From assembly GCA_963793425.1 (NCBI GenBank), contig CAWCAG010000001.1, forward strand, positions 64,001 through 128,000: a DNA stretch of 64,000 nt, in the 5' to 3' direction. The stretch comes from an uncultured cyanobacterium (GTDB lineage Bacteria; Cyanobacteriota; Cyanobacteriia; Cyanobacteriales; CAWCAG01). The notes beneath the pieces are model-generated. The model did not search any database and was not told the origin of the DNA. It saw only the letters and a program-made list of their open reading frames with translations. Below, in pieces: positions 10,958 to 21,162 of this stretch (its first letter is position 1; every line of letters starts with the position of its first letter). The position numbers and the translations under genes were made by a program.

Positions 10958-11950
10958 ATGTTTAACTTAACTCAAGAAAGAATCGATAGCTGTGTGCGGC
11001 GTTTGCAAGGTGGTTACTTCCGTATTTACGGTAGTTCCAGGGCTGAATATGCTGAATTAATTGCTAGTGTAGCGAGGATTGGTTTAGACAATATTGCTCG
11101 TAGTGATGCTGCCTATCATGATGTAGATCATACTATTCTTGTTACCTTAGCCGGACAAGAAATATTGCGAGGTAAACACATTCGCGAGGGTAATGTTTCT
11201 TGCGATAATTGGTTCCATTCGATTATTTCTTTGTTATGCCATGATATTGGTTATATAAAAGGAATTTGTCGTCAAGATAACCCTCAAGAAAAGTTGTTTG
11301 TCACAGGGAAAGATAGGGAAGCAATCACCTTAAAACCAGGGGCTACCGACGCGGCTTTGACTGATTACCATGTAGACAGGGGCAAACTATTTGTTGAAGA
11401 GAACTTTTCTGGTTATAAACTAATTGACATAGAAGTTATCAATGAAAACATTGAAATGACTCGTTTTCCTATTCCCCAAGCAGGAAAATATCAACAAACT
11501 AGTACCTATGCAGGCTTAGCTAGGGCGGCTGATTTAATCGGTCAATTGGCAGATCCTCACTACTTGCAAAAAATGCCAGCTTTATTTTACGAGTTCTGGG
11601 AAAATGGTACTAGTGAAAAGCTAGGTCATCACCATCCAGGGGAGTTGCGTTCTGCTTATCCTAACTTCTTCAAAACTGTGGTTAGTCGCTATATTCAAGA
11701 GGCTTTGCATCACTTAGAAGTTACCAGACAAGGGCGAGAAATTATTGCTAGTTTGTATGAAAATGTTTGGGTTGTGGAAAATGAGTTAGAGAACAAAGGT
11801 GGTAACAGTTTGGGGCAACTCCCTCGAACCCTACCTTCTATACCTTCTGTAACCGATGTCGGTTCTATTCCGACCAAAGCTAACTTTTTCTCCAGTCAGG
11901 GCGGGCTGGGAAGCTGGTTGCATAAGTCCTTGCGTATTAGTCATGCCTGA
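10958..11950 (+). CDS. HD-domain metal-dependent phosphohydrolase (Npun_R2479-like; class I PDE-like motif order)
   Basis: YHDVDH...CHDIGY...DYHVDRG...EMT...AADL. Confidence 0.8.
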   Translation: MFNLTQERIDSCVRRLQGGYFRIYGSSRAEYAELIASVARIGLDNIARSDAAYHDVDHTILVTLAGQEILRGKHIREGNVSCDNWFHSIISLLCHDIGYIKGICRQDNPQEKLFVTGKDREAITLKPGATDAALTDYHVDRGKLFVEENFSGYKLIDIEVINENIEMTRFPIPQAGKYQQTSTYAGLARAADLIGQLADPHYLQKMPALFYEFWENGTSEKLGHHHPGELRSAYPNFFKTVVSRYIQEALHHLEVTRQGREIIASLYENVWVVENELENKGGNSLGQLPRTLPSIPSVTDVGSIPTKANFFSSQGGLGSWLHKSLRISHA

Positions 11951-11965
11951 TGGTAAATAACCGTT

Positions 11966-12610
11966 ATGAAGACTACCCTTGATTTCAATCCCCATAAATA
12001 TGGTTTCGCCCTCCATAGTACTAGTCCTCAATTAGGATTAGCCCTCAGTAACTTTACTAATCCCTCTCTATGTCAAACTTTTGCATTGGGGAGGGATTTA
12101 TCATCCCAGCTACATCTACAAATATTAGAGTTTCTCCAGCCCTATTGTTGGCAAGATTTAGCTTTTATCAGCGTGGCGAAAGGCCCTGGTAGCTTTACGA
12201 GTACTCGCATTGGTATGGTGACAGCTCGTACCCTCGCCCAGCAGTTAAATATTCCCCTCTTTGTCTTTTCTAGCCTTGCTGCGATCGCTTGGTTAGAAGC
12301 AGATAAACACTCGCAAAAACCTATTGCCATAGAAATGCCAGCCCGACGCAACCAATTATTTGTCGGTATCTATCAAGCTTCCACCGATGGTTTGGTGCAG
12401 ATATTGCCGGATACCACCACAGAAGCGGCATCATGGCAAAATATTCTTAATGGTTTAGATAGTTATAAATTAATTCAAACCCCAGCTAATCTCGGCTACA
12501 CAGTTACTAGCCTCCTGGAGTTAGCCCTATTAAGTTGGCAACAAGGAAACCAACCCCATTGGCAGAGTGCTTTACCCTTTTACGGCCAACATCCTGTAAG
12601 CAATTGCTAA
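11966..12610 (+). CDS. tsaB: tRNA threonylcarbamoyladenosine biosynthesis protein TsaB
   Basis: GPGSFTSTRIG motif. Confidence 0.92.
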   Translation: MKTTLDFNPHKYGFALHSTSPQLGLALSNFTNPSLCQTFALGRDLSSQLHLQILEFLQPYCWQDLAFISVAKGPGSFTSTRIGMVTARTLAQQLNIPLFVFSSLAAIAWLEADKHSQKPIAIEMPARRNQLFVGIYQASTDGLVQILPDTTTEAASWQNILNGLDSYKLIQTPANLGYTVTSLLELALLSWQQGNQPHWQSALPFYGQHPVSNC

Positions 12611-12630
12611 ACTGTAGAGTAATTCTCTAA

Positions 12631-13197
12631 GTGAAACTCTTTAGTTTTCTTGCTTTTAAGTTGTATCTTTCCTTGCTATCAATACTCAGAAAATTGTGGC
12701 ATACAGTGGCACAATTCCAGTTTGTTTCTTCTCAACCTCCCCCAGGTAAGTCTGGGCTGTTGAGGTATTATCGTTATTGGTTGAAGCGTTTTTCTCGCTT
12801 AAAAGATAGTCCCAGGAGAATTGCACGGGGTTTGGCAGCAGGAGTGTTTACAGGTTGCTTTCCCCTGTTAGGTTTGCAAACTATTTTAGGTATTTTGGTA
12901 GCTTGGTTAATTAGAGGCAATAAAATTGCTGCCGCTGCGGGAACTTGGATTAGCAATCCTTTTACTTATTTTCCTATTTTTACCTTCAATTTTAGTATCG
13001 GTAGAATTATGACCAGGGGAGAAGATTTATCTTTAACTGATGTTCATTGGGAAAACTGGTCAGAGTTATTAGATTTGGGGGCAACTTTTATTGCAACTTT
13101 AATGATTGGGTCTTTGTTAGTGGGTTTAATTGTTTCAATTTGTGCTTATTTTTTGAGTTTGTGGTTGTTGGTTAAGCTGCGAAAATCTGAAGATTAA
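12631..13197 (+). CDS. DUF2062 family membrane protein (start may be GTG 12706)
   Basis: SPRRIARGLAAGVF...GTWISNPFT. Confidence 0.8.
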   Translation: MKLFSFLAFKLYLSLLSILRKLWHTVAQFQFVSSQPPPGKSGLLRYYRYWLKRFSRLKDSPRRIARGLAAGVFTGCFPLLGLQTILGILVAWLIRGNKIAAAAGTWISNPFTYFPIFTFNFSIGRIMTRGEDLSLTDVHWENWSELLDLGATFIATLMIGSLLVGLIVSICAYFLSLWLLVKLRKSED

Positions 13198-13706
13198 ATA
13201 TTATTTGTCATTGATCATCAAACGGATATTCCCAGGTATCTTATCTATCGTAGATAGTAATTTTGCCAAATTTTGAGAAAGTCAAGAAATCATTAAAGCT
13301 GTATTTTGTCAATGGGGGATAAAATTCAGTTCTCAAAAAAATAATTGTAACATAGCTTGTAGCATGGAAAAATCTCTTCACTTGAGCTACTTAATGTAAG
13401 ACAAAGCCCACTATACGGTGGTTTTGCTCGTTTAAAGATTATTTTGGGTACAAAAAACCTACATTATCATTATTTATAAATCTTGATTAATTCTATTACA
13501 AAAGAAACTCCTTTCAATGCCTTATTAAATTGTTCTTAACATAACTTTATAAAGGCATTGAAAAAGTGCTAATGTTTAAATTATTTAAACTTTGAACAGA
13601 GAAACAGAAAGTTTTGCTTATTAATATTAGCTGGTGCAAAACTCTCTCCCCATTTCCCTACTCCCCATCAATCCCAACAAGTAAATTAAATGCGGTGACA
13701 GCTTAC

Positions 13707-14120
13707 TTATTGCTTATTACTTATTAGTTGTTCTCCCCCCTGACAACATAGCTTAATCAAATCATCAATCTTTTTTAACTTAGGATCTCCTGCTAAATAA
13801 CCAATACCACGATGTAAATGTAAGCGAAATTGACGGGCGAGAGTTTCTTGATCTGTACCTAAACCATCTTGATAGCAGCGTTGTTTTAAGGCCAAAATAA
13901 AAATATCAGACATTTGCCCAGAAAAGACTTGCCAAGTTAATTCGATATTACTATCAGCAGGAATTGGTATGGGAGAAGGAATGCTTGCCTCAGCCAGGGA
14001 ACGACAAAAGCCCCAGCGACATAAGACATTCCAATGTTCAATTTTAGTAATACGTTTGAGTTTAATTAATTGATCTCTAGCGGTATTTGATAATTTGATG
14101 TTGTTGAGAGGAGGTTTCAT
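13707..14120 (-). CDS. dndE: DNA phosphorothioation protein DndE
   Basis: IKLSNTARDQLIKLKRITKIEHWNVLCRW...SLAE and FRLHLHRGIGYL. Confidence 0.88.
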   Translation of the reverse strand: MKPPLNNIKLSNTARDQLIKLKRITKIEHWNVLCRWGFCRSLAEASIPSPIPIPADSNIELTWQVFSGQMSDIFILALKQRCYQDGLGTDQETLARQFRLHLHRGIGYLAGDPKLKKIDDLIKLCCQGGEQLISNKQ

Positions 14121-14258
14121 TTAAGTAATGGGTAAGCTAAGCTGTCAGGTATTTAGATTGTATTGCTAGGGTAGGGGAAACCGGAGCAGTAAAGACATCG
14201 GGAGAAATTTAGTTAAGGCAAAAAATCCCAGTTTAAATGCGTCTTAGCTTGATGGGTA

Positions 14259-16316
14259 TTAGCTATTTGCCAAACCCAAACGGTCTAATAAAAAAGCATA
14301 CTCAAAAGCTGTTTCTTGCAAAGAGTCATAACGCCCCGATGCACCGCCGTGACCTGCTCCCATGTTGGTTTTGAGCAATAAGAGGTTCTCATCTGTTTTC
14401 ATCTCCCTTAACTTTGCTGTCCATTTGGCTGGTTCCCAATATTTAACGCGAGAATCATTTAATCCGGCGATTATTAACAGATCCGGGTAAGCTTTTGCTT
14501 CTACATTGTCGTAGGGAGAATAGGACTTCATGTAGTCGTAGTAAACTTTATCATTGGGGTTGCCCCATTCTTCCCATTCCATAAAAGATAAAGGTAGGGA
14601 AGTATCCAAAATTGTGGTCACTACATCAACAAAAGGAACACTGGCGATTCCAACTTTGAAAAGATCAGGACGAAGGTTTAACACCGCCCCCATTAATAAT
14701 CCTCCTGCACTACCCCCAGAAATAGCTAGGCGATCGCAACTTGTCCAGTTCTCTGCAATTAAATGTTCAGCGCAGGCAATAAAATCTGTGAAGGTGTTTT
14801 TTTTCTTAAGGAATTTCCCCTCCTCATACCATTTACGGCCCATTTCTCCGCCGCCACGAATATGTGCCAAAGCGCAGACTATGCCCCTATCTAATAAAGA
14901 AAGACGAATGGAAGAAAAGTAAGCCCAGTAAGGATAACCGTAGGAACCATAACCAGTTAGGAAAAGGGGATTTTCACCTTCAGTTTTAATTCCTTTTTTA
15001 TAGACCAAGGAAATAGGAATTTCCGTACCATCTTCAGCAGTGGCAAAAACTCTTTGGGAAGTATATTGGGTAGGATCATAACCACCAAGAACTTCCGTTT
15101 CCTTTTTTAATTCCCTTTTTTTAGTATCAAGGTTGTAATCAAATACTGAAGAGGGAGTAATAAAAGAACTATAACCAAACCGCCAAACATTGGTATCAAA
15201 TTCAGCATTGCTACCTTCATAAACAGCATAGGTAGGTTCAGGAAAACTAAGATAATGTTCTGCCTCAGTAGCAAGTTGGCGAATCCGTACCGCCGGGAGT
15301 CCTGCTTTTCTCTCAAAAATAATCAAATGATTAATAAAAGCACTCACTCCCGAAACCATAGCATCTTCGCTATGGGGAATTACTGTTTGCCAATTCTCTT
15401 TACTAGGGGCCGTTACAGGGGCTACCATTAACTTAAAATTAATCGCTTCATCGTTAGTAACAATATAAAAACGATCGCTGTGGTGTTCGATCTCATATTC
15501 CATCCCTTGCTGGCGAGGATGAATTACCTGAAAAGAACCAGTAGGATGATTAGCATCTAAATAATGGACTTCTGAAGTTATTTTACTATCCAAACTTAAA
15601 ATTAAATAGGCTTCACTGCGGGTTTTGCCAACAGAAAGGAAGTAGGATTCATCCCCTTCTTCATAAACTAAAATATCCTCTTCTACCTTTGTTCCTAAAG
15701 TATGTCGCCATAATTGATAAGGACGGTTAGTACTATCAACTTTGGTATAAAATACAGTGCGGTTATCATTGCCCCAAGCAAAAGAATAATAGGTATCTTG
15801 AATAGACTCAGAATAAACTTTTTTAGTAGTTAAATCTAAAAAGTAAAGGATATATCGTTCTGCACCACTATAATCTACAGAATAAGCAAGAAGTTGGTGA
15901 TTAGGACTAACGCTAACAACCCCTAATTCACAAAACTCTTTCCCTTCTGCTAACTGATTTTGATCAAGAATTATTTCTTCAGGGGCATCCAAATTTCCTT
16001 GTTTGCGGCATTCAATAGAGTAGGGCTTGCCTTCTTCTGTGCGGGAATAATAAAAATATGCTCCTTCACGATAAGGTACAGAAAGATCAGTTTCTTTAAT
16101 CCGCCCCAACATCTCTTTGTAAAGGGTTTGCTGCAATTCAACAGTATGGGCCATCACTTTTTCTGTATAGGCATTCTCCGCCTCCAAATAAGCAATAGTT
16201 TCCGCTTGTTGAGCATGGCGCAACCAAAAGTAATTATCTATCCGTTTGTCACCATGATTTACCAATTCTTCAGGGTGCTTTTTGGCTTGAGGAACTTCTG
16301 CTTTTTGGTTCACCAC
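14259..16316 (-). CDS. ptrB: Oligopeptidase B (S9A)
   Basis: DNYFWLR, GGSAGG nucleophile elbow, NDSRV and GAGHGG; GTG start. Confidence 0.93.
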   Translation of the reverse strand: MVNQKAEVPQAKKHPEELVNHGDKRIDNYFWLRHAQQAETIAYLEAENAYTEKVMAHTVELQQTLYKEMLGRIKETDLSVPYREGAYFYYSRTEEGKPYSIECRKQGNLDAPEEIILDQNQLAEGKEFCELGVVSVSPNHQLLAYSVDYSGAERYILYFLDLTTKKVYSESIQDTYYSFAWGNDNRTVFYTKVDSTNRPYQLWRHTLGTKVEEDILVYEEGDESYFLSVGKTRSEAYLILSLDSKITSEVHYLDANHPTGSFQVIHPRQQGMEYEIEHHSDRFYIVTNDEAINFKLMVAPVTAPSKENWQTVIPHSEDAMVSGVSAFINHLIIFERKAGLPAVRIRQLATEAEHYLSFPEPTYAVYEGSNAEFDTNVWRFGYSSFITPSSVFDYNLDTKKRELKKETEVLGGYDPTQYTSQRVFATAEDGTEIPISLVYKKGIKTEGENPLFLTGYGSYGYPYWAYFSSIRLSLLDRGIVCALAHIRGGGEMGRKWYEEGKFLKKKNTFTDFIACAEHLIAENWTSCDRLAISGGSAGGLLMGAVLNLRPDLFKVGIASVPFVDVVTTILDTSLPLSFMEWEEWGNPNDKVYYDYMKSYSPYDNVEAKAYPDLLIIAGLNDSRVKYWEPAKWTAKLREMKTDENLLLLKTNMGAGHGGASGRYDSLQETAFEYAFLLDRLGLANS

Positions 16317-16424
16317 GGTTATACTACCTCTGCTAATTACCAGTTGTTGAGTTATTAATTCAGTCTACGGCAAAGGCTACGCTGTATGGCTGCCAGCTTC
16401 AGAAAGAAACACTAGAACAAGGAA

Positions 16425-17933
16425 ATGATTAAACAAGCAATTTTATGTGTCGATGACGAACAAATTATTCTCACTAGTCTTAGAGAACAACTTAAACGTC
16501 ACTTCGGGACAAATTATTATGTAGAAGTTGCTAGTAGTGGTGAAGAGGCCCTGGAAATTATGGCAGAATTGCTAGCTGAAGAAGTTGAAATACCTTTAGT
16601 AATTTCTGATGAAATTATGCCTTTTATGAAAGGGGATGAACTTTTAATTAAAATTCATCACCAATATCCTCAAACTTTAAAAATACTTTTAACAGGGCAA
16701 GCTACTACCGAAGCGATTGGCAATGCGGTTAATCAAGCGGCTCTCTATCATTATATTTCTAAACCTTGGCAGGAAACTAATCTTTTGCTAACGGTAGGTG
16801 AAGCCTTAGAACGTTATAATTTACAACAAGAACTAACTAAGCGCAATCAAGAATTAGCTCAACTTAATGCTTCATTGGAACAAAAAGTTAGTGATCGCAC
16901 TCAAGAACTACAAAAAGCCAAAGAAGCTGCTGAAGTCGCCAGCGAAGCAAAAAGTACTTTCATCGCTACAGTAAGTCACGAGTTACGCACCCCCCTCAAT
17001 GCAATTCTGGGCTTTTCTCAAATCCTCAAACGTAGTCCTCAACTTTCTGCCCAAGATCAGGAAAATGTAAATATTATTAGCCGCAGCGGAGAAAATTTAC
17101 TAGCAACGATTAATCAGGTTTTAGATTTTGCTAAAATTGAAGCAGGTAGAATGACTCTCCACCTTAATAGCTTCGATCTTTATTATCTACTTCTTGAAGT
17201 AGATAATATTTTCCATCTTAAAGCATTTAAAAAAGGGCTAGAACTAACTTTTCATTGCCAAGAGCAAGTTCCCCAATATATTAAAACTGATGCTGTCAAA
17301 CTGCGTCAAATTTTATTTAATCTCATTGAAAATGCCATTAAGTTTACTCAAAAAGGGCAAATAACAGTGAGGCTAGAAACTCAACAAGAAAATTCGGACT
17401 ACCTTACTTTAATAGTAGAAGATACTGGGACAGGAATTACACCAAAAGAAATGGATGATCTTTTTGCTCCTTTTATCCAGACACAAACAGGAAGAGAATC
17501 CCAACAAGGAACAGGCTTAGGCTTACCCATAACTCGCCAATATTTGCAATTAATGGGAGGAGATATCATCGTTACTAGTTCCCCCCAAGGTAGCCAGTTT
17601 ACCTGTCAATTCCCTGTTGAAATTGCCAACCCTGAAGAGATTAAAGAAAAACCACAAGAAGCAATAAAGATAGAGCAGGAGAAGCCGATTAAGTTTCCTA
17701 AAAAAATGCTATTAGAGCAATTGGGGCAAATGCCCCAAACTTGGAGAGAAAAACTAAGTAAGGCAACCATATCCGGTTCAGATCACCAGATCCTAGAACT
17801 AGTTAAGCAAATCCCCCCAACCAGCACTCCTTTAGCCGAAACTTTGATAACTTGGACTGAAGATTTTTATTTTGAGCAAATTTTTGACTTACTCCAAGAG
17901 CTAAGAAAATGGGATAATTTCGATCAGACCTAA
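16425..17933 (+). CDS. Hybrid histidine kinase/response regulator (REC-HisKA-HATPase_c plus C-terminal helical tail)
   Basis: VDDE...SDEIMP...KPW receiver, [10 protein letters not shown]-box, NAIKFT, DTGTG and GTGLGL. Confidence 0.9.
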   Translation: MIKQAILCVDDEQIILTSLREQLKRHFGTNYYVEVASSGEEALEIMAELLAEEVEIPLVISDEIMPFMKGDELLIKIHHQYPQTLKILLTGQATTEAIGNAVNQAALYHYISKPWQETNLLLTVGEALERYNLQQELTKRNQELAQLNASLEQKVSDRTQELQKAKEAAEVASEAKSTFIATVSHELRTPLNAILGFSQILKRSPQLSAQDQENVNIISRSGENLLATINQVLDFAKIEAGRMTLHLNSFDLYYLLLEVDNIFHLKAFKKGLELTFHCQEQVPQYIKTDAVKLRQILFNLIENAIKFTQKGQITVRLETQQENSDYLTLIVEDTGTGITPKEMDDLFAPFIQTQTGRESQQGTGLGLPITRQYLQLMGGDIIVTSSPQGSQFTCQFPVEIANPEEIKEKPQEAIKIEQEKPIKFPKKMLLEQLGQMPQTWREKLSKATISGSDHQILELVKQIPPTSTPLAETLITWTEDFYFEQIFDLLQELRKWDNFDQT

Positions 17934-17954
17934 TCTTGAAGCGTGGGGTAGTAA

Positions 17955-19523
17955 ATGACTTATCGGCGGTTAATTTTAATTATATTGACCTTTTTTGCGA
18001 TCACGAAGGTGCTTCTTTCTTTAGGGGATAGTTTAGGGCAACCTCAAGTTCAGAGTCGCTTAGAACTTTATCAAACCAATTTAGTACTTCATAGTGCAGA
18101 GTATCAAGTTGAAGGAGAAAATAGTAACTTAACTACCTCTTTAAAAGCTATAATCGGCGAAAATCCTTATGCTACAGCCCAAAAGCAGTATGAAAAAGCC
18201 CAAGAATTTGCTCAAACCAGTTTAACTAGCTTAAAAGAACAACTCTCACAAGGAAATAAAACCAATACCTCAGCCCCTAACCAAGAACAAAACACGGTTC
18301 CACCTCAACAAACTCTTTCCCCCCAAGAAAAAGCCTTACGCCGAGAAATCTCAGCTATAGATGAGTTTATCGATAATCTTAATTTACATTTAGGTATACT
18401 CCAAGCTCAATTAGGAGAGCCTCAAAAAGCGCAACAAACCTGGCAGAATTCAATCAAAAATAACCACAATTCTACTAATGTCCAAACCGCCCAAACCTTA
18501 ATCAATCTCTGGGATAAATCCCAAAAAGTAAACCCCAACAGCGAATCTCAATTAGAAAAAAACTTAGATAGCTGGTTTCGCTACCGTAGCTTAAGCAAAT
18601 TGTACGAAGTACAAAACAAACCAGAAGCCTTAACCCAACTACGAAAACAAGAACAAAAAAGAGCAGAACAAGCTTTAATTAAATTAGCTGTAATTAGTGG
18701 ACTACCAGCTTTAGGGGGAATCTTAGGAGTAACCCTAATTATCTTTTTATTAGTACAACTAGCTACTAAAGGTCAACAATCCCTCCTCGCCACTAATCAT
18801 AATTTAGCTTGGAATACTCCTTGGGATTGGGAAATTACTTGGCAAGTATTAATTGTCGGCTTCTTTGCCATTAGCCAATTGCTGTTACCTCTGTTACTGC
18901 CCCTACTTTTCAGCCTCTTAGGAATTAACCCCGCAACTTTTAGTCTCCGTGCCAAAGCTTTCTACGTTCTAACTAGCTATTTATTAATGGCTGGGGGTGG
19001 GTTTTTAGTACTTTATTTATCCCTGAAAAAATACTTCCCCCTGCCAGAAGATTGGTTTCGTTTACGGTGGTTAAATAATTGGTTTCTGTGGGGCTTAGGA
19101 GGCTATTTAGTTGCCCTTCCCATTGTGGTCATAGTCTCTTTGGTCAATCAACAAATTTGGCAAGGGCAAGGGGGCAGCAACCCCATAATCCTTTTAGCCC
19201 TCCAATCCCAAGATAAACTAGCTTTGGTCATCTTTTTCTTCACTGCTTCCATTGCAGCACCTATCTTTGAAGAAATCATCTTTAGAGGCTTCCTGCTACC
19301 TTCTTTAACTCGCTATATTCCCGTTTGGACAGCAATTGTCGTGAGTAGCTTAATCTTCTCCATTGCCCACCTCAGCCTCTCAGAAGTATTGCCCCTAACT
19401 GCATTAGGTATGGTTTTAGGTTTTGTTTACTCGCGATCGCGCAATCTCCTTGCCCCCATGTTGCTTCATGGTTTATGGAATGGCGGCACTCTGTTGAGTC
19501 TGTTTGTCTTAGGTAGTGGTTGA
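17955..19523 (+). CDS. CPBP (Abi/CAAX) intramembrane glutamic protease
   Basis: EEIIFRG, FSIAH and HGLWN motifs in a multi-TM C-terminus. Confidence 0.9.
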   Translation: MTYRRLILIILTFFAITKVLLSLGDSLGQPQVQSRLELYQTNLVLHSAEYQVEGENSNLTTSLKAIIGENPYATAQKQYEKAQEFAQTSLTSLKEQLSQGNKTNTSAPNQEQNTVPPQQTLSPQEKALRREISAIDEFIDNLNLHLGILQAQLGEPQKAQQTWQNSIKNNHNSTNVQTAQTLINLWDKSQKVNPNSESQLEKNLDSWFRYRSLSKLYEVQNKPEALTQLRKQEQKRAEQALIKLAVISGLPALGGILGVTLIIFLLVQLATKGQQSLLATNHNLAWNTPWDWEITWQVLIVGFFAISQLLLPLLLPLLFSLLGINPATFSLRAKAFYVLTSYLLMAGGGFLVLYLSLKKYFPLPEDWFRLRWLNNWFLWGLGGYLVALPIVVIVSLVNQQIWQGQGGSNPIILLALQSQDKLALVIFFFTASIAAPIFEEIIFRGFLLPSLTRYIPVWTAIVVSSLIFSIAHLSLSEVLPLTALGMVLGFVYSRSRNLLAPMLLHGLWNGGTLLSLFVLGSG

Positions 19524-19543
19524 AGAAAGTCACAAGTTAAACA

Positions 19544-20089
19544 TTAATGCCATAACAATTTTGCTAAAATCCGAGCAATATTTCCGGCATCATCTACTCC
19601 ACGATGGTGAGTACCTTGTAGAGGTAGGTCAAGTATTTCCAAAGCTTGAGCCATACCGACTTCTTTTGCTAAGCGCCTTTGCAAAGCTAATAAAGTTTTG
19701 ACGTTAATATGCCTAGTACCAAAAGGATATTTGACCCCACGAGACTTACATTGTTTAGTAAATTGCTGGCGGTCATATTCCCCATAACTCGCCCAAACTT
19801 GTTGCCTTGACTGATACTTATCTTGCAAAATACCACAAGCTTCAGCAAAGGGAATTCCTTGGTCAACTTGTTCTTGAGTTAAAGTGGTTAACTCAGTACA
19901 AAAATCGCTAACTGTAGAGCATTGCGGCTTAACCAAAATGCCATCTTTTTCTAAAGGCTTGCCTAACCTAATATCAACAGGACAAATACCTATTTCAATA
20001 ATTTCGTTTTCCTGTCCAGGCGGTGGTTTACTACTCCAGCAAGTTGCTTCTATATCAATAACAAGGATTTGGTCTAATTTTCTAGTCAT
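19544..20089 (-). CDS. DEDDh 3'-5' exonuclease (ERI1/KapD-like)
   Basis: DIEATC, EIIEIG, YD and HRGVDDA. Confidence 0.88.
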   Translation of the reverse strand: MTRKLDQILVIDIEATCWSSKPPPGQENEIIEIGICPVDIRLGKPLEKDGILVKPQCSTVSDFCTELTTLTQEQVDQGIPFAEACGILQDKYQSRQQVWASYGEYDRQQFTKQCKSRGVKYPFGTRHINVKTLLALQRRLAKEVGMAQALEILDLPLQGTHHRGVDDAGNIARILAKLLWH

Positions 20090-20160
20090 AGTTGGATAGG
20101 TACAGCTACAATTATCTGTAGGGTAAGTTTGTTTAGTTTAAGACAAAATTAAATCAAGTT

Positions 20161-20469
20161 ATGAAACAACTTCTTAAACGATACAAGTTCCCACTCTTAG
20201 TAATTCTTTCTAGTGTGCTATTTGGTTTTTTGCCAATAATATCAGTAATCTTGGCTAGCATAATTGCTAATATTGGCGACTGTACTTTACATGAAGGTTA
20301 TACCAACCCTTGTGAGATTGGCCCATTTGATTTAGGTGAAACTTTATACAGTATGTTTGTGGCTGGTTGGTTTATTTTCCTCTCTTTGCCGATAGGATTG
20401 TTGGGATTCGCAATTGGCACAGTTTTTTTGTTTGTTAAAGTAACTGCTGAGGTAAATGAAAAATCATGA
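20161..20469 (+). CDS. Small two-TM hypothetical membrane protein with a CxxxEGxxxPC loop
   Basis: ATG-started ORF filling the intergenic gap, with two hydrophobic segments. Confidence 0.65.
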   Translation: MKQLLKRYKFPLLVILSSVLFGFLPIISVILASIIANIGDCTLHEGYTNPCEIGPFDLGETLYSMFVAGWFIFLSLPIGLLGFAIGTVFLFVKVTAEVNEKS

Positions 20470-20522
20470 TCTGTAAGCTTGTAGGGAAAATAGCTCAACT
20501 TAAAGGTTTTGAAATACAAGAT

Positions 20523-21149
20523 TTACCCAGGCTTAACACCAACCAATAAAGCCATTTCTAACCATTTCCAGTAGCAGTCTACATCAACAAAACCAATTTC
20601 AGTCAACCAACCAAGTTGAGTTTCTACATCCAGAAGAATATTAGAAGGATCTTCGGTTTTTGGAGTACAACCCAGAGTATGGAGAAACTTCTCGTGGAGG
20701 TTTGCAGTAGGAGAAGAAACGTGTTCTAAGTTAGCAAAAACTCCCCCTGGTTTAAGGATATTAAAAATTTCGCTATAGAGCGATCGCTTACGTTGGTTAG
20801 AGAGATGATGAATAGCAAAGCTAGAAACTATGGCCTCAAAAGAGCCTAATTCAGGCAAAGCTTCCTCAAGATTATGGCTAACTATATCTACTTTTGTATC
20901 TTCTGCAAATCTATTTTTAACTATCTCTAACATAGTTGGCGAAAAGTCCAGGGCTACACTCTCAACTTGAGGACGATCAATTTTCAGTAGCCCCAGTAAA
21001 CGACCATCTCCTGTACCTAAGTCAAGAATACGCTCAACTTTAGTGGGAATCTGCTCTAGCAGTACAGCTTCTCCTTCTGTACGATGAGGTAAGCTATCTG
21101 CCTTGGTTAGATAATCTAGAGCATGGCCGGCACAAGTCCATTGGTTCAT
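20523..21149 (-). CDS. Class I SAM-dependent methyltransferase
   Basis: ILDLGTGDG motif I and SSFAIHH. Confidence 0.88.
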   Translation of the reverse strand: MNQWTCAGHALDYLTKADSLPHRTEGEAVLLEQIPTKVERILDLGTGDGRLLGLLKIDRPQVESVALDFSPTMLEIVKNRFAEDTKVDIVSHNLEEALPELGSFEAIVSSFAIHHLSNQRKRSLYSEIFNILKPGGVFANLEHVSSPTANLHEKFLHTLGCTPKTEDPSNILLDVETQLGWLTEIGFVDVDCYWKWLEMALLVGVKPG

Positions 21150-21162
21150 TTTTTTGTTGCTC

